Shown: positions 18,271 through 28,408, counted from the first letter of the stretch. The stretch is 64,000 bases of DNA from an uncultured Candidatus Saccharibacteria bacterium (GCA_964643135.1 CAZXPC010000002.1:73049-137048), one strand, 5' to 3'. Notes: generated from the sequence alone by a model not told the origin. Made by a program: numbers and translations.

Positions 18271-18744
18271 ATGAAGTTTCTGGCTTGGTTTTCGAAATAT
18301 CTCAAATATCTTTTAGTGTTCTTAATTGGCATAGCGATTGGCGGCTATCTTTTTTCGGGCGTTCAGCCGAGAACGTTTATCACGCCTAGCGGCTGTTTCG
18401 CCAAGTGCTTCTCTAAAAGCGAATTTTTAGGACTTTTGGCTTCAGTCGGTATACAGAGAACCGGAGGAACATTTTTCCCGATTGTTTTGGAAACCGATAA
18501 AACAATTGTGATCAATGACCCCGATAAATTGGCCACCGAAAAATATAATTTTATTATTATTCCCAAGAAAGACATTCATGACGCGGCCGACATTAGTGAA
18601 GAGGACCAGGCTTATCTAATAGACGCCTTTAATGTGATCCATAAGTTAGTTGCTCAATATCACTTAACTAGCTTTAAGGTTGTCTCGAACGGTCCAGGTT
18701 TTAGGAAGATGGCTTATCTCCACTTCCACCTGATCGCGCAGTAG
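18271..18744 (+). CDS. Membrane-anchored HIT-like protein
   Basis: N-terminal TM; 'IIIPKKDI','SNGPG....YLHFHLI' (first triad His replaced by Tyr). Confidence 0.7.
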   Translation: MKFLAWFSKYLKYLLVFLIGIAIGGYLFSGVQPRTFITPSGCFAKCFSKSEFLGLLASVGIQRTGGTFFPIVLETDKTIVINDPDKLATEKYNFIIIPKKDIHDAADISEEDQAYLIDAFNVIHKLVAQYHLTSFKVVSNGPGFRKMAYLHFHLIAQ

Positions 18745-19869
18745 CTAGCTTTTGAATGTCACGTAGTTTTGGATAACTTCCGAGAGTTTGCGTTTAAAAT
18801 TACTCTTCGAAAATTTGTGGGCGGTTTCTTTGACGCGGCCTCGGTCTAGATCTGAGGTCAGAAAAGTGGCGACGGCCTTGATTAGTGAATCGGGGTGCTG
18901 TTTTTTGAAGAAGAAGCCGTTTCGGCCCTCTTCGATAATTTCTCGGGCGCCTCCGCCGTCGTAGGCAATAACCGGAACGCCAGAAGAGATCGCTTCGGCG
19001 GCCACCAGCCCAAAATCTTCGACTTGCGGAAAGATCAGCGCTTTGGCCCGGCGCAAAATTTGGATGAGTTCTTGATCCGGCGGGGGAGCCATTAGGGTAA
19101 TGTTCTCAGATTTGATCAACTTTTCTAGATTTTTCTTATGCGGACCGCTGCCCATAATAATGAGCGGCAAGCCGAGCTTGTTAAAGGCCTCGATGATCAG
19201 ATCGAACCTTTTATAATGCAGGAGGCGGCCGTAAGCGACAAAATAATCGCTGGGGTAATCAACTGATTGGCTTGGCGCAGAGAACTGGTCATCAACGGGC
19301 GGGTAAATGATCTTGGCTTCGCGGTTATAATAATTTGAAATTTTTTCGGCGATGAATTTCGAATTGGCTACGATCAGATCAGGTTTTTGCGCGGCTTTGT
19401 AGTCCCACCGGCGCACATAAGAGATGATCGGTCCTCCGAGTTTGATCAGGAATTTTGGCAAAAGAGTGCCGAGATACATTTCCGGCTCCCAGGCGTAACG
19501 CAGAGGGGAATGGATGTAGCTGATGTGGATGCCCTTGGAATGATTAACGCCCTTTCCGAAACCGGCCGAGTCGGAAATTATTAGGTCATATTTATCTTTG
19601 AGATTCAAAGATTCGGCGGCTACGGGGAAGAACGGAATAAATAAGCGGTGGTAGTGCCGCACGATGACATTATCGAGAAAGCTGGTTTTGATGACGCGGT
19701 CTTTAAACTTGCCGCGGAGCAACTTTTTGTCGTAGAAAAGCGTGTAAATCGGGGCATCCGGGAACATTTCGGCCAGGCATTCCAGAACCCGCTCAGCGCC
19801 GCCGTATTGGTTTAAATAATCGTGGACTAAAGCCACCCGTAGTTTTTTGGAAGTATTAGCACCTATCAT
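18745..19869 (-). CDS. Glycosyltransferase family 4
   Basis: 'VALVHDYLNQYGGAERVL','EDFGLVAAEA..SGVPVIAY'. Confidence 0.92.
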   Translation of the reverse strand: MIGANTSKKLRVALVHDYLNQYGGAERVLECLAEMFPDAPIYTLFYDKKLLRGKFKDRVIKTSFLDNVIVRHYHRLFIPFFPVAAESLNLKDKYDLIISDSAGFGKGVNHSKGIHISYIHSPLRYAWEPEMYLGTLLPKFLIKLGGPIISYVRRWDYKAAQKPDLIVANSKFIAEKISNYYNREAKIIYPPVDDQFSAPSQSVDYPSDYFVAYGRLLHYKRFDLIIEAFNKLGLPLIIMGSGPHKKNLEKLIKSENITLMAPPPDQELIQILRRAKALIFPQVEDFGLVAAEAISSGVPVIAYDGGGAREIIEEGRNGFFFKKQHPDSLIKAVATFLTSDLDRGRVKETAHKFSKSNFKRKLSEVIQNYVTFKS

Positions 19870-19926
19870 CTATATATTGTACGCTTACCACGAAAATTGT
19901 AAATTATTAACTTATGTAAGAGAATT

Positions 19927-20538
19927 ATGAGCGTGGATTACCCCCGTTGGAAAAGAATTGAAGATATTGTGGGCGCCAGTATCGGAATAATGGTTGTGTC
20001 TCCTTTTGTGCCGTTTATAGTCTTAGCTATTAAATTAGAATATCCCGGCGAGCCGGTTTTGGTAAAGCTGCCCCGGGTGAGCGGCGGCAAGGTTATCAAC
20101 GTTTTCAAATTCAGGAACATGATTCCCGATGCTCACAAAATGAAAGACAGCCTGCTGCACTTGAATGAAAGAAAAGACGGGCCCTTTTTTAAGATCAAGA
20201 ACGATCCGCGGGTAACCCGGGTGGGCCGGGTTTTGAGGAAGTTTCGCATTGATGAATTGCCCCAGCTTTTGAACGTTTTACGCGGGGACCTGGCCTTAGT
20301 CGGCCCGCGTCCGCATGAGCCGAAGGAAGTAGAGGCGTATCCCGAACAATATAAACACATTCCTCATTTCCGAGCCGGCGCGACCGGCTTGTCGCAGGTG
20401 AGCGGATCATCGAGTTTGCCGTTCCTGAAGGAATTGGAACTGGAAAAAAGCTATTTGGAAGAATTTTCGCCGGCTAAAGACATCAAGATTATTTTTCATA
20501 GCGCGGCTATCTTCCTCTTTGACCCGAACGCGGTCTAA
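19927..20538 (+). CDS. Bacterial sugar transferase (polyprenyl-phosphate phosphoglycosyltransferase)
   Basis: 'FKFRNM','NDPRVTRVGRVLRKFRIDELPQLLNVL.GDLALVGPRP'. Confidence 0.92.
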   Translation: MSVDYPRWKRIEDIVGASIGIMVVSPFVPFIVLAIKLEYPGEPVLVKLPRVSGGKVINVFKFRNMIPDAHKMKDSLLHLNERKDGPFFKIKNDPRVTRVGRVLRKFRIDELPQLLNVLRGDLALVGPRPHEPKEVEAYPEQYKHIPHFRAGATGLSQVSGSSSLPFLKELELEKSYLEEFSPAKDIKIIFHSAAIFLFDPNAV

Positions 20539-20663
20539 TGCTCGCAAATTTTTAACGATGGCGTTGTTGCGGAGCCTCTCAAATTCGTCGAAGTAGTATT
20601 TAAAGACTACATCTCCTCATTTGTTTCTCCGCGCCTAGCCCTGGTTCAAAATTTGCGAGCATT
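20537..20663. repeat. Palindromic element, family C copy 1
   Basis: Outer IR AATGCTCGCAAATTTT/AAAATTTGCGAGCATT; core 20566-20636 equals 42323-42392 except for one A. Confidence 0.8.
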
Positions 20664-20692
20664 GGCTTGCGATAGTATTATGGGATAGACCA

Positions 20693-22801
20693 ATGGACAA
20701 AATTCCGCCCAAAAACATAAAGAGGACGATGTCCGATATCCATCATCCCCGGAGAGATAATCGTTCCGGCGATTTGAGCCGGGCTATTAGCGAGAGCGCT
20801 GAAAAGCTCGACTCATCCGACAAATTCTTCAAGCGAGGCAACTCAACTTTTCATCAAGATTTTAAGGTAAAGAGGAGCGTATTCACCGTGGCAAGGATAG
20901 CAAAATACACCGGTCTCTTGGTTCTCATCTCGATTTTGGGTTATGGCACATATCTCTTGGCTTCGAAGGACGATTCGATTAAATCAGCTCAGGATATTTA
21001 TGCTAATTTTAAACAAATTAGCAAGGATATCGGCGCGCTTAATACCGGTTCAGTCGACGGGCTGATCGCTAAAATTAACGGCGACCTTGGCAGTTTGAAA
21101 AATAAGACCGGGCCGCTTAATTTAGCGCCGGTTCTGAATGAGATTCCTAAAACCATCGGCCTCCTGGGAGAAGTTTCGGGCAAAGTCGGCGCGCTTAATA
21201 AAGACCTCACCGAATTAAAGACTAACGGCTTCAAAGATTTTATGTCTAAACCCGAAAAGAGCGTGGAGGGTGTCGCCCAAAGCAGCCTGGCCGGGCTCTT
21301 GGAAGACGCTAATAAAAACATTAAAGATTTAAGCAGCCTTTCGGCCGACTTACGGAACGCCGCCGCGAAATTTGACTTGGTGCCGTCCGGTGTTGATGCG
21401 CAGTATCTGAAAAGCGCCGCCGACCTGAATCAGCTGACCGAATTTTTGGATGCGGCAATTCCGATTCTCAAGTCGGAGGGCGAGCGGCATTTCCTCGTTA
21501 TGTTTGAAAATCCGACCGAAATACGGCCGGCCGGCGGCTTCTTGGGAAGTTACGGAGACATTACTTTGTCGGGCGGCAGTATTTCCTCGATTGACGTGAA
21601 TGATATTTATTACGCGACCCATTTTGCTTCCGACAAAATAATTCCTCCGGCTGAACTGCAGAGCATTACGACGGCTTGGAGTCCGCAAGACGCGAATTGG
21701 TTTTTCGATTTTCCGACTTCCGCCAAAAAGACGGCTGATTTTATCGAGAACTCTGCCCCCTATTCGGACAACAAGATCGCTTATGAAGGCGTGATCTCGC
21801 TTAATGTGCGTATTGTGGAAGACTTGCTCAAGATTACGGGGCCAATCGATATACCGGAATATAATATCACGCTTAACGAGACTAACTTTTTGCCCGAAGT
21901 TCAGCGTGAAGTGGAACAGGGTAAGGACAAGAAACCGGGCCAGAACCCCAAAAAGGTTTTGAAATTTATCATGCCGGTTTTGCTCGATCGGCTCGGCCAC
22001 CTGAGCGACCAGGACAAGCTGGCTGTGTTGGATATCTTCCGCAACCGGTTTCTGAGCAAGGATATTCAGATCTACTTTAAGGATCCGATTTTTGAGAATA
22101 TGGCCGTTCAATACGGCGTGGGCGGAGAGGTGTTCGATCTGCCCCAGGGCAATGCCGATTATTTAGCTGTGGTTGATGCTAATGTGGCCGGCGGTAAAAG
22201 CGATATGTTTATTTCGCAGAAAATCAACTTGAGGTCCGAGATCGATCCTCTGGGAGTTTTGAATAATAGCCTCACGGTGAGCCGGGCGAGTGCGGGCGGG
22301 CACGAGGCTGATTGGTGGTACAATTCGATCAACCAAAATTATATAAAAATTTTTACCGCTCCGGGATTCCAGCTCGAAAGCATCAAGGGCAATTCTAAAA
22401 AGACGATTAAGCCGCCAATCGACTACGCGAAAGCCGGGTATCATGTCGACCCTGAGCTGAGCGCGGTGGAAAATACCAAGAAGCTGATTGCGAGCGCCAA
22501 CTCGGCGGTATCGAGCGAGAACGGTAAGGATGTTTTTGGGACCTGGTTCAATGTGAAGCCGGGGGAAAGCCGCGACCTGGTTCTTAACTACACCAATGCT
22601 AAAAAATTAGACCTGACGCCGGGGTCGAAATTTCAGTTCGTCTTTGAAAAACAATCGGGAGTGGAATCGGTTCTGAATTATTCGATTGATGCGCCGTCCG
22701 GATTCATCTGGCGCGAGGCCAAAGGCCCGACCTTCAGCTACGTGAATGATAAGTTGCCGGCTAGAGTCATCATCAACCTGACGCTCGATAAAGAGCAATA
22801 A
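20693..22801 (+). CDS. DUF4012-domain membrane-anchored protein
   Basis: TM near N-terminus; 'MFENPTEIRPAGGFLGSYG','DANWFFDFPTSA','NVAGGKSD'. Confidence 0.8.
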   Translation: MDKIPPKNIKRTMSDIHHPRRDNRSGDLSRAISESAEKLDSSDKFFKRGNSTFHQDFKVKRSVFTVARIAKYTGLLVLISILGYGTYLLASKDDSIKSAQDIYANFKQISKDIGALNTGSVDGLIAKINGDLGSLKNKTGPLNLAPVLNEIPKTIGLLGEVSGKVGALNKDLTELKTNGFKDFMSKPEKSVEGVAQSSLAGLLEDANKNIKDLSSLSADLRNAAAKFDLVPSGVDAQYLKSAADLNQLTEFLDAAIPILKSEGERHFLVMFENPTEIRPAGGFLGSYGDITLSGGSISSIDVNDIYYATHFASDKIIPPAELQSITTAWSPQDANWFFDFPTSAKKTADFIENSAPYSDNKIAYEGVISLNVRIVEDLLKITGPIDIPEYNITLNETNFLPEVQREVEQGKDKKPGQNPKKVLKFIMPVLLDRLGHLSDQDKLAVLDIFRNRFLSKDIQIYFKDPIFENMAVQYGVGGEVFDLPQGNADYLAVVDANVAGGKSDMFISQKINLRSEIDPLGVLNNSLTVSRASAGGHEADWWYNSINQNYIKIFTAPGFQLESIKGNSKKTIKPPIDYAKAGYHVDPELSAVENTKKLIASANSAVSSENGKDVFGTWFNVKPGESRDLVLNYTNAKKLDLTPGSKFQFVFEKQSGVESVLNYSIDAPSGFIWREAKGPTFSYVNDKLPARVIINLTLDKEQ

Positions 22802-22841
22802 TTTGCTATCCGAGGCGGTATTTTGCTAACCTGTCCTCACC

Positions 22842-24650
22842 ATGTCGCAAAACATACGCAACTTCGTCATAATTGCCCACATTGACCACGGCAAATCGAC
22901 CCTCGCGGATCGCATGCTTGAGATTACGCGGACGGTTCAGTCTCACAAAATGAAGGATCAATATCTTGATTCGCATGAGCTGGAACGCGAGCGGGGGATT
23001 ACAATCCGCATGGCTCCGGTGCGCATGCACTACAAGAAGGGCAACGAGGAATATATTCTGAATTTGATCGATACGCCGGGTCACAGCGATTTTTCATATG
23101 AAGTTTCGCGGTCGCTTAAGGCGGTGGAAGGCGCGGTTTTGCTGGTGGATGCGACGCAAGGCATCCAGGCTCAAACTTTGGCTAACCTGCACTTTGCGCA
23201 AAAAGCGGGCTTAAAAATAATTGGCGCCTTGAACAAGGTTGATATGAACCCAGCCGGCCTCGATGATTTGGCTTTTGAATTGGCGTCGCTTATTAACGTT
23301 GAGCCGGAGGATATACATAGAATCTCGGGCAAGACCGGTCTCGGTGTGCCGGCCCTTTTGGATGATGTGGTCGCCAAGGTGCCGCCCCCTTCCCGAGGCG
23401 TAGCCTCGGGGCAGTCGGCGCTTGTTTTTAGCTCTCAGTATGATAACCACAAGGGCGTCGTGGCCTTTGTCCGGGTGTTTGGCGGGAAACTTAGTGATCA
23501 TGAAGATACCAAGCTTATCGCCGCTAACCATAATTTTAAAATTAAAGAGCTCGGCTATTTCTTGCCGGAGCTGACACCAGCCCAGGAATTGAAAGAGGGG
23601 GAGATCGGTTATATCGCGACCGGCATCAAAGACCCGGGGTTGATCCGCGTGGGCGACACGATCGGCGTTACGCCGATGCCGGGCTTTAAAATTCCGGCGC
23701 CGGTTGTGTTCGTTTCGATTTATCCGGACGATGCGTCTGACTACGAAAACTTGAAAGCGGCGATGGGCAAACTCCAGCTCAATGATTCTTCACTGACTTT
23801 CCAACCCGACATGAGCGAAGTTTTGGGCCGCGGCTTTCGGTGCGGGTTTTTGGGCCGGCTCCACTTTGAGATTACGATGCAAAGATTAGAGCGCGAATTT
23901 AATTTGGAAGTGGTTAACAGCTTTCCATCGGTGTCGTACAAGGTTAAATTTAGAACTCTGAAGAACTTGCCGAACCATTTAACGAATAAAGTTGATCAAG
24001 ACGGCTACGTGACGATCGAGAACCCGAAGGATTTGCCCGATGATTATGTCGAGATCTTGGAGCCGATTACGAGAATCGAAGTCTTGATGCCTTCGGAATA
24101 TCTCGGCGCTTTCTTGGGGTTGAAGGATCTTTTCAGATTTTCCGACACCGAGACAACGTCATACGGCTTATCGAGCGTAAAAGTAACGGCCAAGTTGCCG
24201 CTCTCGGAATTGATTCTGGACTTTGATGATAAATTAAAATCAGCGACTTCGGGCTTCGCCTCGTTTAGCTACGAAATGACCGGCTATGAAAAAACCCAAG
24301 TAAAAAGGCTGGATATCCACGTGGCCGAAGAATTAGTGACGGGTCTTAGCCGCATTATCTACGACGAGAATATCGAGGCTGTCGGCCGCACCATGCTCTT
24401 GAGGCTCAAGGATCTTTTGCCGAAGCAGCAATTTTCGCAGGCCTTGCAGGCGGTCAATGGCGGGCGCATCATCGCGCGTGAGACGATTCCGGCGATGCAG
24501 AAAAACTTGGGCGACTTCGGCAAAAACGGGGGAGACCGTACCCGGAAAATGAAGCTTTGGAAAAAGCAGAAAGAAGGCAAGGCGAGGCTGAAAGAAAGCG
24601 GCAAGGTTCATATCTCGCCCGAGATATTTAAAGAATTGCTGAAGAAATAG
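22842..24650 (+). CDS. lepA: Elongation factor 4 LepA
   Basis: 'IIAHIDHGKSTLADR','ERERGITI','GFRCGFLGRLH','GGDRTRKMKL'. Confidence 0.96.
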   Translation: MSQNIRNFVIIAHIDHGKSTLADRMLEITRTVQSHKMKDQYLDSHELERERGITIRMAPVRMHYKKGNEEYILNLIDTPGHSDFSYEVSRSLKAVEGAVLLVDATQGIQAQTLANLHFAQKAGLKIIGALNKVDMNPAGLDDLAFELASLINVEPEDIHRISGKTGLGVPALLDDVVAKVPPPSRGVASGQSALVFSSQYDNHKGVVAFVRVFGGKLSDHEDTKLIAANHNFKIKELGYFLPELTPAQELKEGEIGYIATGIKDPGLIRVGDTIGVTPMPGFKIPAPVVFVSIYPDDASDYENLKAAMGKLQLNDSSLTFQPDMSEVLGRGFRCGFLGRLHFEITMQRLEREFNLEVVNSFPSVSYKVKFRTLKNLPNHLTNKVDQDGYVTIENPKDLPDDYVEILEPITRIEVLMPSEYLGAFLGLKDLFRFSDTETTSYGLSSVKVTAKLPLSELILDFDDKLKSATSGFASFSYEMTGYEKTQVKRLDIHVAEELVTGLSRIIYDENIEAVGRTMLLRLKDLLPKQQFSQALQAVNGGRIIARETIPAMQKNLGDFGKNGGDRTRKMKLWKKQKEGKARLKESGKVHISPEIFKELLKK

Positions 24651-24662
24651 TATACTAGAAGC

Positions 24663-24929
24663 ATGGTCAAGCAGTTGGCTTACATAGGAGCTGGTGTTGT
24701 TATCCTCGGCTTAGGCTACCATATTTATAATGCTAATTTGGTGCGGGCCGACCTGCAAAAGCAATACCAAACGCTTTCGTCTGACTATCAAGGCCTGAAG
24801 AAAGATAACAACACCATGCAGGGCGATATTCAGTATTTTTCAGACCCGCACAACCTGGAAAAAGAATTGCGCGGAGAGAATTACCGCGCGCCGAACGAAA
24901 AAGTGATCATAGTTGCTCCGCCAAAGTAG
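24663..24929 (+). CDS. Septum formation initiator (FtsB/DivIC-like)
   Basis: TM, coiled coil, 'DPHNLEKELR...PNEKVI'. Confidence 0.65.
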   Translation: MVKQLAYIGAGVVILGLGYHIYNANLVRADLQKQYQTLSSDYQGLKKDNNTMQGDIQYFSDPHNLEKELRGENYRAPNEKVIIVAPPK

Positions 24930-24953
24930 TCCTCGAGGTCCGACCTTGAGAAT

Positions 24954-25024
24954 GCGAGTGTAGTACAGTGGCAGTACGCGACCTTCCCAAGGTTGAGACG
25001 AGGGTTCAATTCCCTTCACTCGCT
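24954..25024 (+). tRNA. tRNA-Gly(CCC)
   Basis: GCGAGTG/CACTCGC acceptor, CGACC-TTCCCAA-GGTTG, GTTCAATTC. Confidence 0.93.
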
Positions 25025-25027
25025 CCT

Positions 25028-25255
25028 CTATTTTTTTACCTCCTCCGGTGGGGTGGCCACTTCGGTCGGCACTACTACTTCAGCTTTTTTCTTCTTTTTA
25101 AGACCAGATACAAGCTTCTGGCCCAGTCCGCGGCCGATATGGAGATGTACCGCTTTTTCGATCAGGAGGCTTTTTTCAGATTGCTTAATCTCGGCTTCGG
25201 TGGCGGGTCTTTCGTTCAAGATTGCGTCGAAAAATTGTTGAGTGTTTTTGTCCAT
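25028..25255 (-). CDS. Small hypothetical protein
   Basis: Last ORF of the tightly spaced minus-strand pil run. Confidence 0.5.
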   Translation of the reverse strand: MDKNTQQFFDAILNERPATEAEIKQSEKSLLIEKAVHLHIGRGLGQKLVSGLKKKKKAEVVVPTEVATPPEEVKK

Positions 25256-25265
25256 AAAATCTAAG

Positions 25266-25484
25266 TTAGATTTTTATTGGTGTTAATCCCAAGCGCGGTG
25301 CGATTTTGTTGAAGGTAGCCAGGTCCAGCGCGGCGCCGGTGCTGTTCACTTTGGATTCGTCGACTTGAAAAGAATTATTAATGCGTTCGGCAAAAAATTT
25401 GCCGGAAGAAATAATAAGAAAGGTGATTACGACGCCTAGTACAATGATAATGCCGAGATATGTCAGGTTTTTGGTTTTAAACAT
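25266..25484 (-). CDS. Small TM-anchored protein in the pilMNO operon
   Basis: N-terminal TM; 4 nt from the pilO-like gene. Confidence 0.6.
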   Translation of the reverse strand: MFKTKNLTYLGIIIVLGVVITFLIISSGKFFAERINNSFQVDESKVNSTGAALDLATFNKIAPRLGLTPIKI

Positions 25485-25488
25485 GGTT

Positions 25489-26058
25489 TTAAATGCTGAT
25501 TTGCTTTAAGTAAATTTTACCATGCAGATTTATCGTCGAGGCGCTGTCCCAGCCCTGAGGGCCGCCCCCGACAATGGAGATGCTATCGACAGCTGCGAAA
25601 TATTGGAATTTTTCCAAGGCTTTCAAAAATCGGACAAATTGGCTTTCGGTGCCGGTTAGAGTCAGGGAAATATCAATGGTCGAGAGCGTCGCGCCCGGCT
25701 CATTGATAGCGATATCGGTGGGCGTCAGAGACCCGAATGATTTGGTCATCGCAACGCCGTTTCCCGCCGCGAGCTTGTCTAGAGCCGCGCCGATTTCGAC
25801 GACGTTATCGGTCGTGGGGAACGCGTTTAAGACCGCGTTGTAATTTTTGTCTCCTAGCATGGCAAAGTCGGTTTGGAGAGAACCGACGGCTTCGACCCGC
25901 TTTTGCAGAATTGCGTTGGCGGTGTTTTTCTCATTCATTTTGTCGCTGATACTGGAGATCTTTCCGACAAAGAAGAAGACCAGCCCCAGGCAGATCAAAA
26001 CGGCGATGGCCGGCTTAAGCGTATATTTTCCCACTCGCGCGAGCAGTTCTTTATTCAT
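25489..26058 (-). CDS. pilO: PilO-like type IV pilus alignment protein
   Basis: TM + coiled coil + 'LTLTGTESQFVRFLKALEK...VDSISI'. Confidence 0.7.
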   Translation of the reverse strand: MNKELLARVGKYTLKPAIAVLICLGLVFFFVGKISSISDKMNEKNTANAILQKRVEAVGSLQTDFAMLGDKNYNAVLNAFPTTDNVVEIGAALDKLAAGNGVAMTKSFGSLTPTDIAINEPGATLSTIDISLTLTGTESQFVRFLKALEKFQYFAAVDSISIVGGGPQGWDSASTINLHGKIYLKQISI

Positions 26059-26072
26059 GTTACTTAATTATA

Positions 26073-27482
26073 TTATTTTGGGGTTAACATACTCGGATCT
26101 TTTAAAGTGATTGAGGCAGAGAAAGATATGTTGGTCGTTTTTTCGAGGTCGGTTGGGGGGATCGGAGCCACAGTCCACATAGTTGAAGTATCAAGAGATT
26201 TCTTAAAGTTAGCCAGCTGTATCCTGGTTACGGCCGAGCCGGATATGCTGATCGCGCTTTGCGTACCGGCCGCGCTGAAATTGTTAATCGTGATGCCCGG
26301 CGTTATTTTAGTGCGCAGTTCGTCGAAAAAGATGCTCCAGTTGGGCGACCGGTCGATCACTGCTTTAACGGCCGCAACCATGGTATTGAATTTAGCAACT
26401 TTCGGTTCCAAGTCCGACCCATTTTGAGGCAGGGGACTAGTTGAAGACGCGGTATGGATGGACCGAGATTGGAGTGAGAGCATCAGTATCCACACCAGAA
26501 CGAAAGCGATTGCGATCACGGCGCTGATTGCAGCGATGGCGTCAGAAATGAATTTGGCAAAGAGCGTGTCTTTTTGGATTTCATAAGCCACTTCAGTGCC
26601 GACCGAAGTTAAGCTGATCAAGTTGTCTTCCGCCCGCGGCAAGAGCCCGCGCAAGGCGGCGCCCAGCGCGATGAGCCAGCTTTTCGGGTCGCCCGCTAAT
26701 TTCGGGTCGCCGGCAAACTTTTTCGCCATGGGCAACTCAGAGAGGTCGACGAACTTCTTGATGCTCTCATCGCTCACTTCATAAAAATCAGAAATCTTTT
26801 TAATTTCGGCATCAAGATCGGCGTCGGTCATGAGCCGGTTAATCATGCGGGAGAATTTGAGAGACTTGCCCTTCATGACTATGAAGCCGCTGTAACTCTT
26901 GCCTTTGACGATTACTAGAGTGGTTAGCTTGTCATCCAGCGCGATGCCGCGAACGAGGCTCAAGATATGAGTCTCAACGATAAACGGATTGAGGCCCGCC
27001 TTTTCTATGCTCTTTAAAAACGGGTCGACGATATTCTTGGGGATTAGCGCCAAGTAAACTTCGTTATCTTTTTCGGACGGAATCGTTTCCCAGTCGAGGT
27101 AAACGTCTTCGATCTTGACTGGTAGGTTAAAGCCGGCTGTGACCTTCATGGCGTCATTTATTTTCCCGCCGGGCAGAGTTTTAGGGAAAGAGAATATTTT
27201 TGAGTAAGCATTGAGGTCGCTTAAAGAGACGACGACATTTTTAACATGCCACTTAGTTTTGCCGATGAGCGATTTAAGGGCCGTTATAAAAGCCTCTTCG
27301 TTCTTTAAGATGCCGCTTTCGACAACACCGGCCGGGAGAGGCTCTTCGACAGCTTCTTTCACAAAAGTTAATTTAGCCCCACGGGTTTTGCCCAGCAAAA
27401 CTAACCGCAGAAATTCATCGCTAACTTCAAGCCCGCCAATAGGTTCTTTATCTGACAGCGCTTCGACTAGATTCAGTTTCAT
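26073..27482 (-). CDS. PilM-PilN fusion protein
   Basis: PilM-like N-part ('GLEVSD','PLPAGVVESG','LPVKIEDVYLDW','ALGAALRG'), then NLI motif, TM and a PilN-like domain ('ISISGSA'). Confidence 0.75.
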   Translation of the reverse strand: MKLNLVEALSDKEPIGGLEVSDEFLRLVLLGKTRGAKLTFVKEAVEEPLPAGVVESGILKNEEAFITALKSLIGKTKWHVKNVVVSLSDLNAYSKIFSFPKTLPGGKINDAMKVTAGFNLPVKIEDVYLDWETIPSEKDNEVYLALIPKNIVDPFLKSIEKAGLNPFIVETHILSLVRGIALDDKLTTLVIVKGKSYSGFIVMKGKSLKFSRMINRLMTDADLDAEIKKISDFYEVSDESIKKFVDLSELPMAKKFAGDPKLAGDPKSWLIALGAALRGLLPRAEDNLISLTSVGTEVAYEIQKDTLFAKFISDAIAAISAVIAIAFVLVWILMLSLQSRSIHTASSTSPLPQNGSDLEPKVAKFNTMVAAVKAVIDRSPNWSIFFDELRTKITPGITINNFSAAGTQSAISISGSAVTRIQLANFKKSLDTSTMWTVAPIPPTDLEKTTNISFSASITLKDPSMLTPK

Positions 27483-27611
27483 CTTATAGATTATACATTA
27501 AAGAGGCATTTGGTATATAATTTTAAGATATCCACAGGCGCCCGTATTGCCGAGTTTTGCATTGGATGGGCGATGTAGTATAATAACCAGAGTTAATAAA
27601 TTAGTAATAAA

Positions 27612-28361
27612 ATGAATATAAATAAAGTTGTGGATGGAAAGCGGGTCAAAGGTTTCACATTGTTGGAACTTTTAATCGTTATCACCATCATTGCCATTTT
27701 GTCGGTTGCCCTAATCGTCGTCATCAACCCAGCTGAAACGCTCAAGAAATCTAGAGACACACAGAGAATCTCCGACATGGCTGCTTTGAAGACTGCCATT
27801 GGTATCTACACCACGACCGTATCGAGCCCTCTGATGGACAATGGAAGCAACACCCTTTGCCAGCCGACCACTGCTGGTACTTGGGCTAACAACGACCAAG
27901 TTTGGTACGACCAGACAGGCATGAATGCCACTATCACTTTTGCCGGCGGAACCAACAACACTAATCCGTTGTATGTCGGCAGTACCACGACAACTACAGG
28001 CGGCAGCGGCTGGTTGCCGATTAACTTCAATGCTATTACCGGCGGCTCTCCGATCTCCAACTTGCCGTTAGACCCGAGCAATACCTTTGCACCCGGCTCT
28101 GCCCCGATAGGCAACACAAATTCCTCAGTAGACAGGCCTAATGCAAATGCCCTGGTTTATCGCTATGCTTGTTTCTCTACAACTTTATTGCAGTACGAAA
28201 TTGATGCCACACTAGAAAGTGCCGCCTATGGGAACTCTGCTACCGGCAGCGACAACAAAATGGCCAGTGATGGGGGCAACTCGACGATTCAATACGAAGT
28301 TGGTACAAACCTCAGCATCCTTGGAGCCAATACGACTAACAACGGTACGGCCGGGTTCTAG
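27612..28361 (+). CDS. Major type IV pilin
   Basis: G|FTLLELLIVITIIAILS class III signal; 'RD.QRISD'; 'LPLDP'; C-terminal 'YEVGT'; own TATAAT (27579) and terminator. Confidence 0.9.
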   Translation: MNINKVVDGKRVKGFTLLELLIVITIIAILSVALIVVINPAETLKKSRDTQRISDMAALKTAIGIYTTTVSSPLMDNGSNTLCQPTTAGTWANNDQVWYDQTGMNATITFAGGTNNTNPLYVGSTTTTTGGSGWLPINFNAITGGSPISNLPLDPSNTFAPGSAPIGNTNSSVDRPNANALVYRYACFSTTLLQYEIDATLESAAYGNSATGSDNKMASDGGNSTIQYEVGTNLSILGANTTNNGTAGF

Positions 28362-28380
28362 CACCTTTTCTTAGACAGAG

Positions 28381-28408
28381 AAAAACGCCCCGATGAGGGG
28401 CGTTTTTT
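28381..28408 (+). terminator. Rho-independent terminator after the pilin gene
   Basis: AAAAACGCCCC-GATGA-GGGGCGTTTTTT. Confidence 0.85.

Noticed and set aside
24968-25264. Plus-strand ORFs 24968-25264 and 24993-25241
   Set aside because: They overlap tRNA-Gly and the minus-strand pil operon ORF.
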